DNA of 64,000 nucleotides from Eledone cirrhosa (Eukaryota), in contig OZ024744.1 of assembly GCA_964016885.1 (NCBI GenBank), positions 103,230,001-103,294,000 of the forward strand. Reading direction: 5' to 3'. The notes beneath the pieces are model-generated. The model made no database searches. It worked only from the letters and a program-made list of their open reading frames with translations, and was not told the DNA's origin. Shown one piece after another: positions 1 through 12,200 of this stretch (its first letter is position 1; each line of letters begins with the position of its first letter). Position numbers and translations under genes: made by a program.

Positions 1-3
1 ACT

Positions 4-78
4 ATTATCATCATCATCATCACCATCATCACCATCATCATCACCATCATCACTCATTATCAACATCATCACCACCAT
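4..78. repeat. Imperfect trinucleotide microsatellite (CAT/CAC)n
   Basis: Directly visible: attatcatcatcatcatcaccatcatcaccatcatcatcaccatcatcac...catcatcaccaccat, with interruptions near 51-63. It may extend left of the window. Confidence 0.9.
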
Positions 79-233
79 TCAACTTCTCTTTTACCTGCCA
101 ACAAGGTTTGGACTGGTTATTAAAAACCAAGTCCATACTGAAGTGGTGTTTATGATATCTCAGTTGGCTGGGTGACAACATCTCACATACAAACATATGT
201 TTCTGCCCTTTATCAAGTACCTGATATGTTGGG

Positions 234-277
234 ACCAACTCTAGGTAGATTGTCATGTTTATGACATAGCTGAAGAA
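234..277 (+). repeat. Detached, diverged partial copy of the 60-bp satellite monomer
   Basis: 234-269 ACCAACTCTAGGTAGATTGTCATGTTTATGACATAG matches monomer ACCAACACTAGGTAGGTTATCATGTTTATGACATAG at 33/36. After a 3-nt insertion (CTG) the match continues with AAGAA (273-277). The offset from the array register is 137 bp, so it is out of phase. Confidence 0.85.
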
Positions 278-3200
278 ACCTACCAACCCTTTCCTTGGTA
301 TGTTCTCTATGACCAGATACTCTTCCTATCACCTACCACTTTACAGAAGAATGTAGTAGGTGTGTATATCACCAACACTAGGTAGGTTATCATGTTTATG
401 ACATAGAAGAATGTAGTAGGTGTGTAAATCACCAACACTGGGTAGGTTATCATGTTTATGACATAGAAGAATATAGTAGGTGTGTAAATCACCAACACTG
501 GGTAGGTTATCATGTTTATGACATAGAAGAATATAGTAGGTGTGTAAATCACCAACACTGGGTAGGTTATCATGTTTATGACATAGAAGAATATAGTAGG
601 TGTGTAAATCACCAACACTGGGTAGGTTATCATGTTTATGACATAGAAGAATGTAGTAGGTGTGTATATCACCAACACTAGGTAGGTTATCATGTTTATT
701 ATACGTAAGAATGTAGTAGGTGTGTATATCACCAACACTAGGTAGGTTATCATGTTTATGACACAGAAGAATGTAGTAGGTGTGTATATCACCAACACTA
801 GGTAGGTTATCATGTTTATGACATAGAAGAATGTAGTAGGTGTGTATATAACCAACACTAGGTAGGTTATCATGTTTATTATACGGAAGAATGTAGTAGG
901 TGTGTATATCACCAACACTAGGTAGGTTATCATGTTTATGACATAGAAGAATGTAGTAGGTGTGTATATCACCAACACTAGGTAGGTTATCATGTTTATG
1001 ACACAGAAGAATGTAGTAGTTGTGTATATCACCAACACTAGGTAGGTTATCATGTTTATGACATAGAAGAATGTAGTAGGTGTGTATATCACCAACACTA
1101 GGTAGGTTATCATGTTTATGACATAGAAGAATGTAGTAGGTGTGTATATCACCAACACTAGGTAGGTTATCATGTTTATGACATAGAAGAATGTAGTAGG
1201 TGTGTATATCACCAACACAAGGTAGGTTATCATGTTTATGACACAGAAGAATGTAGTAGGTGTGTATATCACCAACACTAGGTAGGTTATCATGTTTATG
1301 ACATAGAAGAATGTAGTAGGTGTGTATATCACCAACACTAGGTAGGTTATCATGTTTATGACATAGAAGAATGTAGTAGGTGTGTATATCACCAACACTA
1401 GGTAGGTTATCATGTTTATGACATAGAAGAATGTAGTAGGTGTGTATATCACCAACACTAGGTAGGTTATCATGTTTATGACACAGAAGAATGTAGTAGG
1501 TGTGTATATCACCAACACTAGGTAGGTTATCATGTTTATGACACAGAAGAATGTAGTAGGTGTGTATATCACCAACACTAGGTAGGTTATCATGTTTATG
1601 ACATAGAAGAATGTAGTAGGTGTGTATATCACCAACACTAGGTAGGTTATCATGTTTATTATACGGAAGAATGTAGTAGGTGTGTATATCACCAACACTA
1701 GGTAGGTTATCATGTTTATGACATAGAAGAATGTAGTAGGTGTGTTTATCACCAACACTAGGTAGGTTATCATGTTTGTGACACAGAAGAATGTAGTAGT
1801 TGTGTATATCACCAACACTAGGTAGGTTATCATGTTTATGACATAGAAGAATGTAGTAGGTGTGTATATCACCAACACTAGGTAGGTTATCATGTTTATG
1901 ACATAGAAGAATGTAGTAGATGTGTATATCACCAACACTAGGTAGGTTATCATGTTTATGACATAGAAGAATGTAGTAGGTGTGTATATCACCAACACAA
2001 GGTAGGTTATCATGTTTATGACACAGAAGAATGTAGTAGGTGTGTATATCACCAACACTAGGTAGGTTATCATGTTTATGACATAGAAGAATGTAGTAGG
2101 TGTGTATATCACCAACACTAGGTAGGTTATCATGTTTATGACATAGAAGAATGTAGTAGGTGTGTATATCACCAACACTTGGTAGGTTATCATGTTTATG
2201 ACATAGAAGAATGTAGTAGATGTGTATATCACCAACACTAGGTAGGTTATCATGTTTATGACATAGAAGAATGGAGTAGGTGTGTATATCAACAAAACAA
2301 GGTAGGTTATCATCTTTATGACACAGAAGAATGTAGTAGGTGTGTATATCACCAACACTAGGTAGGTTATCATGTTTATGATATAGAAGAATGTAGTAGG
2401 TGTGTATATCACCAACACTAGGTAGGTTATCATGTTCATGACATAGAAGAATGTAGTAGGTGTGTATATCACCAACACTAGGTAGGTTATCATGTTTATG
2501 ACACAGAAGAATGTAGTAGGTGTGTAAATCACCAACACTAGGTAGGTTATCATGTTTATGACATAGAAGAATGTAGTAGGTGTGTATATCACCAACACTA
2601 GGTAGATTATCATGTTTATGACATAGAATAATGTAGTAGGTGTGTATATCACCAACACTAGGTAGGTTATCATGTTTATGACATAGAAGAATGTAGTAGG
2701 TGTGTATATCACCAACACTAGGTAGGTTATCATGTTTATGACATAGAAGAATGTAGTAGGTGTGTATATCACCAACACTGTGTAGGTTATCATGTTCATG
2801 ACATAGAAGAATATAGTAGGTGTGTATATCACCAACACTAGGTAGGTTATCATGTTTATGACACAGAAGAATATAGTAGGTGTGTATATCACTAACACTA
2901 GGTAGGGTATCATGTTTATGACACAGAAGAATGTAGTAGGTGTGTATATCACCAACACTAGGTAGGTTATCATGTTTATGACACAGAAGAATGTAGTAGG
3001 TGTGTATATCACCAACACTAGGTAGGTTATCATGTTTATGACATAGAAGAATGTAGTAGGTGTGTATATCACCAACACTAGGTAGGTTATCATGTTTATG
3101 ACATAGAAGAATGTAGTAGGTGTGTATATCACCAACACTAGGTAGGTTATCATGTTTATGACACAGAAGAATGTAGTAGGTGTGTATATCACCAACACTA

Positions 3201-6200
3201 GGTAGGTTATCATGTTTATAACATAGAAGAATGTAGTAGGTGTGTATATCACCAACAATAGGTAGGTTATCATGTTTATGACACAGAAGAATGTAGTAGG
3301 TGTGTATATCACCAACACTAGGTAGGTTATCATGTTTATGACACAGAGGAACGTAGTAGGTGTGTATATCACCAACACTAGGTAGGTTATCATGTTTATG
3401 ACACAGAAGAATGTAGTAGGTGTGTATATCACCAACACTAGGTAGGTTAACATGTTTATGACATAGAAGAATGTAGTAGGTGTGTATATCACCAACACTA
3501 GGTAGGTTATCATCTTTATGACACAGAAGAATGTAGTAGGTGTGTATATCACTAACACTAGGTAGGTTATCATGTTTATGACATAGAAGAATGTAGTAGG
3601 TGAGTATATCACCAACACTAGGTAGGTTATCATGTTTATTATACGGAAGAATGTAGTAGGTGTGTATATCACCAACACTAGGTAGGTTATCATGTTTATG
3701 ACATAGAAGAATGTAGTAGGTGTGTATATCACCAACACTACGTAGGTTATCATGTTTATGACATAGAAGAATATAGTAGGTGTGTATATCACCAACACTA
3801 GGTAGGTTATCATGTTTATGACACAGAAGAATGTAGTAGGTGTGTAAATCACCAACACTAGGTAGGTTATCATGTTTATGACACAGAAGAATATAGTAGG
3901 TGTGTATATCACCAACACTAGGTAGGTTATCATGTTTATGACACAGAAGAATATAGTAGGTGTGTATATCACCAACACTAGGTAGGTTATCATGTTTATG
4001 ACATAGAAGAATGTAGTAGGTGTGTATATCACCAACACAAGGTAGGTTATCATGTTTATGACACAGAAGAATGTAGTAGGTGTGTATATCACCAACACTA
4101 GGTAGGTTATCATGTTTATGACATAGAAGAATGTAGTAGGTGTGTATATCACCAACACTAGGTAGGTTATCATGTTTATGACACAGAAGAATGTAGTAGG
4201 TGTGTAAATCACCAACACTAGGTAGGTTATCATGTTTATGACACAGAAGAATATAGTAGGTGTGTAAATCACCAACACTAGGTAGGTTATCATGTTTATG
4301 ACACAGAAGAATATAGTAGGTGTGTATATCACCAACACTAGGTAGGTTATCATGTTTATGACACAGAAGAATATAGTAGGTGTGTATATCACCAACACTA
4401 GGTAGGTTATCATGTTTATGACATAGAAGAATGTAGTAGGTGTGTATATCACCAACACAAGGTAGGTTATCATGTTTATGACACAGAAGAATGTAGTAGG
4501 TGTGTATATCACCAACACTAGGTAGGTTATCATGTTTATGACATAGAAGAATGTAGTAGGTGTGTATATCACCAACACTAGGTAGGTTATCATGTTTATG
4601 ACGTAGAAGAATGTAGTAGGGGTGTATATCACCAACACTAGGTAAGTTATCATGTTTATGACACAGAAGAATGTAGTAGGTGTGTATATCACCAACACTA
4701 GGTAGGTTATCATGTTTATGACATAGAAGAATGTAGTAGGTGTGTATATCACCAACACTAGGTAGGTTAAAATGTTTATGACATAGAAGAATGTAGTAGG
4801 TGTGTATATCACCAACACTAGGTAGGTTATCATGTTTATGACATAGAAGAATGTAGTAGGTGTGTATATATCCAACACTAGGTAGGTTAACATGTTTATG
4901 ACATAGAAGAATGTAGTAGGTGTGTAAATCACCAACACTAGGTAGGTTATCATGTTTAAGACATAGAAGAATGTAGTAGGTGTGTATATCACCAACACTA
5001 GGTAGGTTATCATGTTTATGACATAGAAGAATGTAGTAGGTGTGTATACCACCAACACTAGGTAGGTTATCATGTTTATGACACAGAAGAATGTAGTAGG
5101 TGTGTATATCACCAACACTAGGTAGGTTATCATGTTTATGACATAGAAGAATGTAGTAGGTGTGTAAATCACCAACACTAGGTAGGTTAACATGTTTATG
5201 ACATAGAAGAATGTAGTAGGTGTGTATATCACCAACACTAGGTAGGTTATCATGTTTATGACATAGAAGAATGTAGTAGGTGTGTATATCACCAACACTA
5301 GGTAGGTTATCATGTTTATGACACAGAAGAATGTAGTAGGTGTGTATATCACCAACACTAGGTAGGTTATCATGTTTATGACACAGAAGAATGTAGTAGG
5401 TGTGTATATCACCAACACTAGGTAGGTTATCATGTTTATGACACAGAAGAATGTAGTAGGTGTGTATATCACCAACACTAGGTAGGTTATCATGTTTATG
5501 ACATAGAAGAATGTAGTAGGTGTGTATATCACCAACACTAGGTAGGTTATCATGTTTATGACATAGAAGAATGTAGTAGGTGTGTATATCACCAACACTA
5601 GGTAGGTTATCATGTTTATGACACAGAAGAATATAGTAGGTGTGTATACCACCAACACTAGGTAGGTTATCATGTTTATGACACAGAAGAATATAGTAGG
5701 TGTGTATATCACCAACACTAGGTAGGTTATCATGTTTATGACATAGAAGAATGTAGTAGGTGTGTATATCACCAACACTAGGTAGGTTATCATGTTTATG
5801 ACACAGAGGAACGTAGTAGGTGTGTATATCACCAACACTAGGTAGGTTATCATGTTTATGACACAGAAGAATGTAGTAGGTGTGTATATCACCAACACTA
5901 GGTAGGTTATCATGTTTATGTCATAGAAGAATGTAGTAGGTGTGTATATCACGAACACTAGGTAGGTTAACATGTTTATGACATAGAAGAATGTAGTAGG
6001 TGTGTATATCACCAACACTAGGTAGGTTATCATGTTTATGACATAGAAGAATGTAGTAGGTGTGTATGTCACCAACACTAGGTAGATTATCATGTTTATG
6101 ACACAGAAGAATGTAGTAGGTGTGTATATCACCAACACTAGGTAGGTTATCATGTTTATGACATAGAAGAATGTAGTAGGTGTGTATATCACCAACACTA

Positions 6201-9200
6201 GGTAGGTTATCATGTTTATTATACGGAAGAATGTAGTAGGTGTGTATATCACCAACACTAGGTAGGTTATCATGTTTATGACATAGAAGAATGTAGTAGG
6301 TGTGTATATCACCAACACTAGGTAGGTTATCATGTTTATGACACAGAAGAATGTAGTAGTTGTGTATATCACCAACACTAGGTAGGTTATCATGTTTATG
6401 ACATAGAAGAATGTAGTAGGTGTGTATATCACCAACACTAGGTAGGTTATCATGTTTATGACATAGAAGAATGTAGTAGATGTGTATATCACCAACACTA
6501 GGTAGGTTATCATGTTTATGACATAGAAGAATGTAGTAGGTGTGTATATCACCAACACAAGGTAGGTTATCATGTTTATGACACAGAAGAATGTAGTAGG
6601 TGTGTATATCACCAACACTAGGTAGGTTATCATGTTTATGACATAGAAGAATGTAGTAGGTGTGTATATCACCAACACTAGGTAGGTTATCATGTTTATG
6701 ACATAGAAGAATGTAGTAGGTGTGTATATCACCAACACTAGGTAGGTTATCATGTTTATGACATAGAAGAATGTAGTAGGTGTGTATATCACCAACACTT
6801 GGTAGGTTATCATGTTTATGACATAGAAGAATGTAGTAGATGTGTATATCACCAACACTAGGTAGGTTATCATGTTTATGACATAGAAGAATGGAGTAGG
6901 TGTGTATATCAACAACACAAGGTAGGTTATCATGTTTATGACACAGAAGAATGTAGTAGGTGTGTATATCACCAACACTAGGTAGGTTATCATGTTTATG
7001 ATATAGAAGAATGTAGTAGGTGTGTATATCACCAACACTAGGGAGGTTATCATGTTCATGACATAGAAGAATGTAGTAGGTGTGTATATCACCAACACTA
7101 GGTAGGTTATCATGCTTATGACACAGAAGAATGTAGTAGGTGTGTAAATCACCAACACTAGGTAGGTTATCATGTTTATGACATAGAAGAATGTAGTAGG
7201 TGTGTATATCACCAACACTAGGTAGATTATCATGTTTATGACATAGAAGAATGTAGTAGGTGTGTATATCACCAACACTAGGTAGGTTATCATGTTTATG
7301 ACATAGAAGAATGTAGTAGGTGTGTATATCACCAACACTAGGTAGGTTATCATGTTTATGACACAGAAGAATATAGTAGGTGTGTATATCACTAACACTA
7401 GGTAGGGTATCATGTTTATTACACAGAAGAATGTAGTAGGTGTGTATATCACCAACACTAGGTAGGTTATCATGTTTATGACACAGAAGAATGTAGTAGG
7501 TGTGTATATCACCAACACTAGGTAGGTTATCATGTTTATGACATAGAAGAATGTAGCAGGTGTGTAAATCACCAACACTAGGTAGGTTATCATGTTTATG
7601 ACACAGAAGAATGTAGTAGGTGTGTATATCACCAACACTAGGTAGGTTATCATGTTTATGACACAGAAGAATGTAGTAGGTGTGTATATCACCAACACTA
7701 GATAGGTTATCATGTTTATAACATAGAAGAATGTAGTAGGTGTGTATATCACCAACAATAGGTAGGTTATCATGTTTATGACATAGAAGAATGTAGTAGG
7801 TGTGTATACCACCAACACTAGGTAGGTTATCATGTTTATGACATAGAAGAATGTAGTAGGTGTGTATATCACCAACACTAGGTAGGTTATCATGTTTATG
7901 ACATAGAAGAATGTAGTAGGTGTGTATACCACCAACACTAGGTAGGTTATCATGTTTATGACATAGAAGAATGTAGTAGGTGCGTATATCACCAACACTA
8001 GGTAGGTTATCATGTTTATGACACAGAAGAATGTAGTAGGTGTGTATATCACCAACACTAGGTAGGTTATCATGTTTATGACATAGAAGAATGTAGTAGG
8101 TGTGTATACCACCAACACTAGGTAGGTTATCATGTTTATGACACAGAAGAATGTAGTAGGCGTGTATATCACCAACACTAGGTAGGTTATCATGTTTATG
8201 ACACAGAAGAATATAGTAGGTGTGTATATCACCAACACTAGGCAGGTTATCATGTTTATGACATAGAAGAATGTAGTAGGTGTGTATATCACCAACACTA
8301 GGTAGGTTATCATGTTTATGACACAGAGGAACGTAGTAGGTGTGTATATCACCAACACTAGGTAGGTTATCATGTTTATGACACAGAAGAATGTAGTAGG
8401 TGTGTATATCACCAACACTAGGTAGGTTATCATGTTTATGACATAGAAGAATGTAGTAGATGTGTATATCACCAACACTAGGTAGGTTATCATGTTTATG
8501 ACATAGAAGAATGTAGTAGGTGTGTATATCACCAACACTAGGTAGGTTATCATGTTTATGACATAGAAGAATGTAGTAGATGTGTATATCACCAACACTA
8601 GGTAGGTTATCATGTTTATGACATAGAAGAATGTAGTAGGTGTGTATATCATCAACACAAGGTAGGTTATCATGTTCATGACATAGAAGAATGTAGTAGG
8701 TGTGTATATCACCAACACTAGGTAGGTTATCATGTTTATGACACAGAAGAATGTAGTAGGTGTGTAAATCACCAACACTAGGTAGGTTATCATGTTTATG
8801 ACATAGAAGAATGTAGTAGGTGTGTATATCACCAACACTAGGTAGATTATCATGTTTATGACATAGAAGAATGTAGTAGGTGTGTATATCACCAACACTA
8901 GGTAGGTTATCATGTTTATGACATAGAAGAATGTAGTAGGTGTGTATATCACCAACACTAGGTAGGTTATCATGTTTATGACATAGAAGAATGTAGTAGG
9001 TGTGTATATCACCAACACTAGGTAGGTTATCATGTTTATGACACAGAAGAATATAGTAGGTGTGTATATCACTAACACTAGGTAGGGTATCATGTTTATG
9101 ACACAGAAGAATGTAGTAGGTGTGTATATCACCAACACTAGGTAGATTATCATGTTTATGACACAGAAGAATGTAGTAGGTGTCTATATCACCAACACTA

Positions 9201-12200
9201 GGTAGGTTATCATGTTTATGACATAGAAGAATGTAGTAGGTGTGTATATCACCAACACTAGGTAGGTTATCATGTTTATGACATAGAAGAATGTAGTAGG
9301 TGTGTATATCACCAACACTAGGTAGGTTATCATGTTTATGACACAGAAGAATGTAGTAGGTGTGTATACCACCAACACTAGGTAGGTTATCATGTTTATA
9401 ACATAGAAGAATGTAGTAGGTGTGTATATCACCAACACTAGGTAGGTTATCATGTTTATGACACAGAGGAACGTAGTAGGTGTGTATATCACCAACACTA
9501 GGTAGGTTATCATGTTTATGACATAGAAGAATGTAGTAGGTGTGTATATCACCAACACTAGGTAGGTTAACATGTTTATGACATAGAAGAATATAGTAGG
9601 TGTGTATATCACCAACACTAGGTAGGTTATCATGTTTATGACATAGAAGAATGTAGTAGGTGTGTATATCACTAACACTAGGTAGGTTATCATGTTTATG
9701 ACATAGAAGAATGTAGTAGGTGTGTATATCACCAACACTAGGTAGGTTATCATGTTTATTATACGGAAGAATGTAGTAGGTGTGTATATCACCAACACTA
9801 GGTAGGTTATCATGTTTATGACATAGAAGAATGTAGTAGGTGTGTATATCACCAACACTACGTAGGTTATCATGTTTATGACATAGAAGAATATAGTAGG
9901 TGTGTATATCACCAACACTAGGTAGGTTATCATGTTTATGACACAGAAGAATGTAGTAGGTGTGTAAATCACCAACACTAGGTAGGTTATCATGTTTATG
10001 ACACAGAAGAATATAGTAGGTGTGTATATCACCAACACTAGGTAGGTTATCATGTTTATGACACAGAAGAATGTAGTAGGTGTGTATATCACCAACACTA
10101 GGTAGGTTATCATGTTTATGACATAGAAGAATGTAGTAGGTGTGTATATCACCAACACTAGGTAGGTTAACATGTTTATGACATAGAAGAATGTAGTAGG
10201 TGTGTATATCACCAACACTAGGTAGGTTATCATGTTTATGACATAGAAGAATGTAGTAGGTATGTATATATCCAACACTAGGTAGGTTAACATGTTTATG
10301 ACATAGAAGAATGTAGTAGGTGTGTAAATCACCAACACTAGGTAGGTTATCATGTTTAAGACATAGAAGAATGTACTAGGTGTGTATATCACCAACACTA
10401 GGTAGGTTATCATGTTTATGACATAGAAGAATGTAGTAGGTGTGTATACCACCAACACTAGGTAGGTTATCATGTTTATGACACAGAAGAATGTAGTAGG
10501 TGTGTATATCACCAACACTAGGTAGGTTATCATGTTTATGACATAGAAGAATGTAGTAGGTGTGTAAATCACCAACACTAGGTAGGTTAACATGTTTATG
10601 ATGTAGAAGAATGTAGTAGGTGTGTATATCACCAACACTAGGTAGGTTATCATGTTTATCACATAGAAGAATGTAGTAGGTGTGTATATCACCAACACTA
10701 GGTAGATTATCATGTTTATGACATAGAAGAATGTAGTAGGTGTGTATATCACCAACACTAGGTAGGTTATCATGTTTATGACATAGAAGAATGTAGTAGG
10801 TGTGTATATCACCAACACTAGGTAGGTTATCATGTTTATGACATAGAGGAATGTAGTAGGTGTGTATACCACCAACACTAGGTAGGTTATCATGTTTATG
10901 ACACAGAAGAATGTAGTAGGTGTGTATATCACCAACACTAGGTAGGTTATCATGTTTATGACATAGAAGAATGTAGTAGGTGTGTATATCACCAACACTA
11001 GGTAGGTTATCATGTTTATGACACAGAAGAATGTAGTAGGTGTGTATATCACCAACACTAGGTAGGTTATCATGTTTATGACACAGAAGAATATAGTAGG
11101 TGTGTATATCACCAACACTAGGTAGGTTATCATGTTTATGATACAGAAGAATGTAGTAGGTGTGTATATCACTAACACTAGGTAGGTTATCATGTTTATG
11201 ACACAGAAGAATGTAGTAGGTGTGTATATCACCAACACTAGGTAGGTTATCATGTTTATGATACAGAAGAATGTAGTAGGTGTGTATATCACCAACACTA
11301 GGTAGGTTATCATGTTTATGACACAGAACAATGTAGTAGGTGTGTAAATCACTAACACTAGGTAGGTTATCATGTTTATGACACAGAAGAATGTAGTAGG
11401 TGTGTAAATCACTAACACTAGGTAGGTTATCATGTTTATGACACAGAAGAATATAGTAGGTGTGTATATCACCAACACTAGGTAGGTTATCATGTTTATG
11501 ACATAGAAGAATGTAGTAGCTGTGTATATCACCAACACTGGGTAGGTTATCATGTTTATGACACAGAGGAACGTAGTAGGTGTGTATATCACCAACACTA
11601 GGTAGGTTATCATGTTTATGACATAGAAGAATGTAGTAGGTGTGTATACCACCAACACTAGGTAGGTTATCATGTTTATGACACAGAAGAATATAGTAGG
11701 TGTGTATATCACCAACACTAGGTAGGTTATCATGTTTATGACATAGAAGAATGTAGTAGGTGTGTATATCACCAACACTAGGTAGGTTATCATGTTTATG
11801 ACACAGAGGAACGTAGTAGGTGTGTATATCACCAACACTAGGTAGGTTATCATGTTTATGACACAGAAGAATGTAGTAGGTGTGTATATCACCAACACTA
11901 GGTAGATTATCATGTTTATGACACAGAAGAATGTAGTAGGTGTGTAAATCACTAACACTAGGTAGGTTATCATGTTTATGACACAGAAGAATGTAGTAGG
12001 TGTGTATATCACCAACACTAGGTAGATTATCATGTTTATGACACAGAAGAATGTAGTAGGTGTGTAAATCACTAACACTAGGTAGGTTATCATGTTTATG
12101 ACACAGAAGAATGTAGTAGGTGTGTATATCACCAACACTAGGTAGGTTATCATGTTTATGTCATAGAAGAATGTAGTAGGTGTGTATATCACCAACACTA

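Noticed and set aside
4-78. Poly-His coding tract
   Set aside because: The tract shifts frame and in-frame stops follow in the flank. A non-coding microsatellite is simpler.
50-286. 78-aa minus-strand ORF
   Set aside because: It is short, has no recognisable motif, and is partly made of the relic monomer (YVINMTIYLELV) and the microsatellite (DDVDNE).
359-381. Helitron 3' terminus (hairpin + CTAG) in each monomer
   Set aside because: The stem is only 4 bp and 4 nt from CTAG, unlike the longer GC-rich hairpin about 10-12 nt upstream in Helitrons.
361-420. Calcium-binding EGF-like motif (GY..YDIEEC) in plus frame 1
   Set aside because: The resemblance to DIDEC is superficial: only two Cys per unit, no EGF spacing, and a TAG in nearly every unit.
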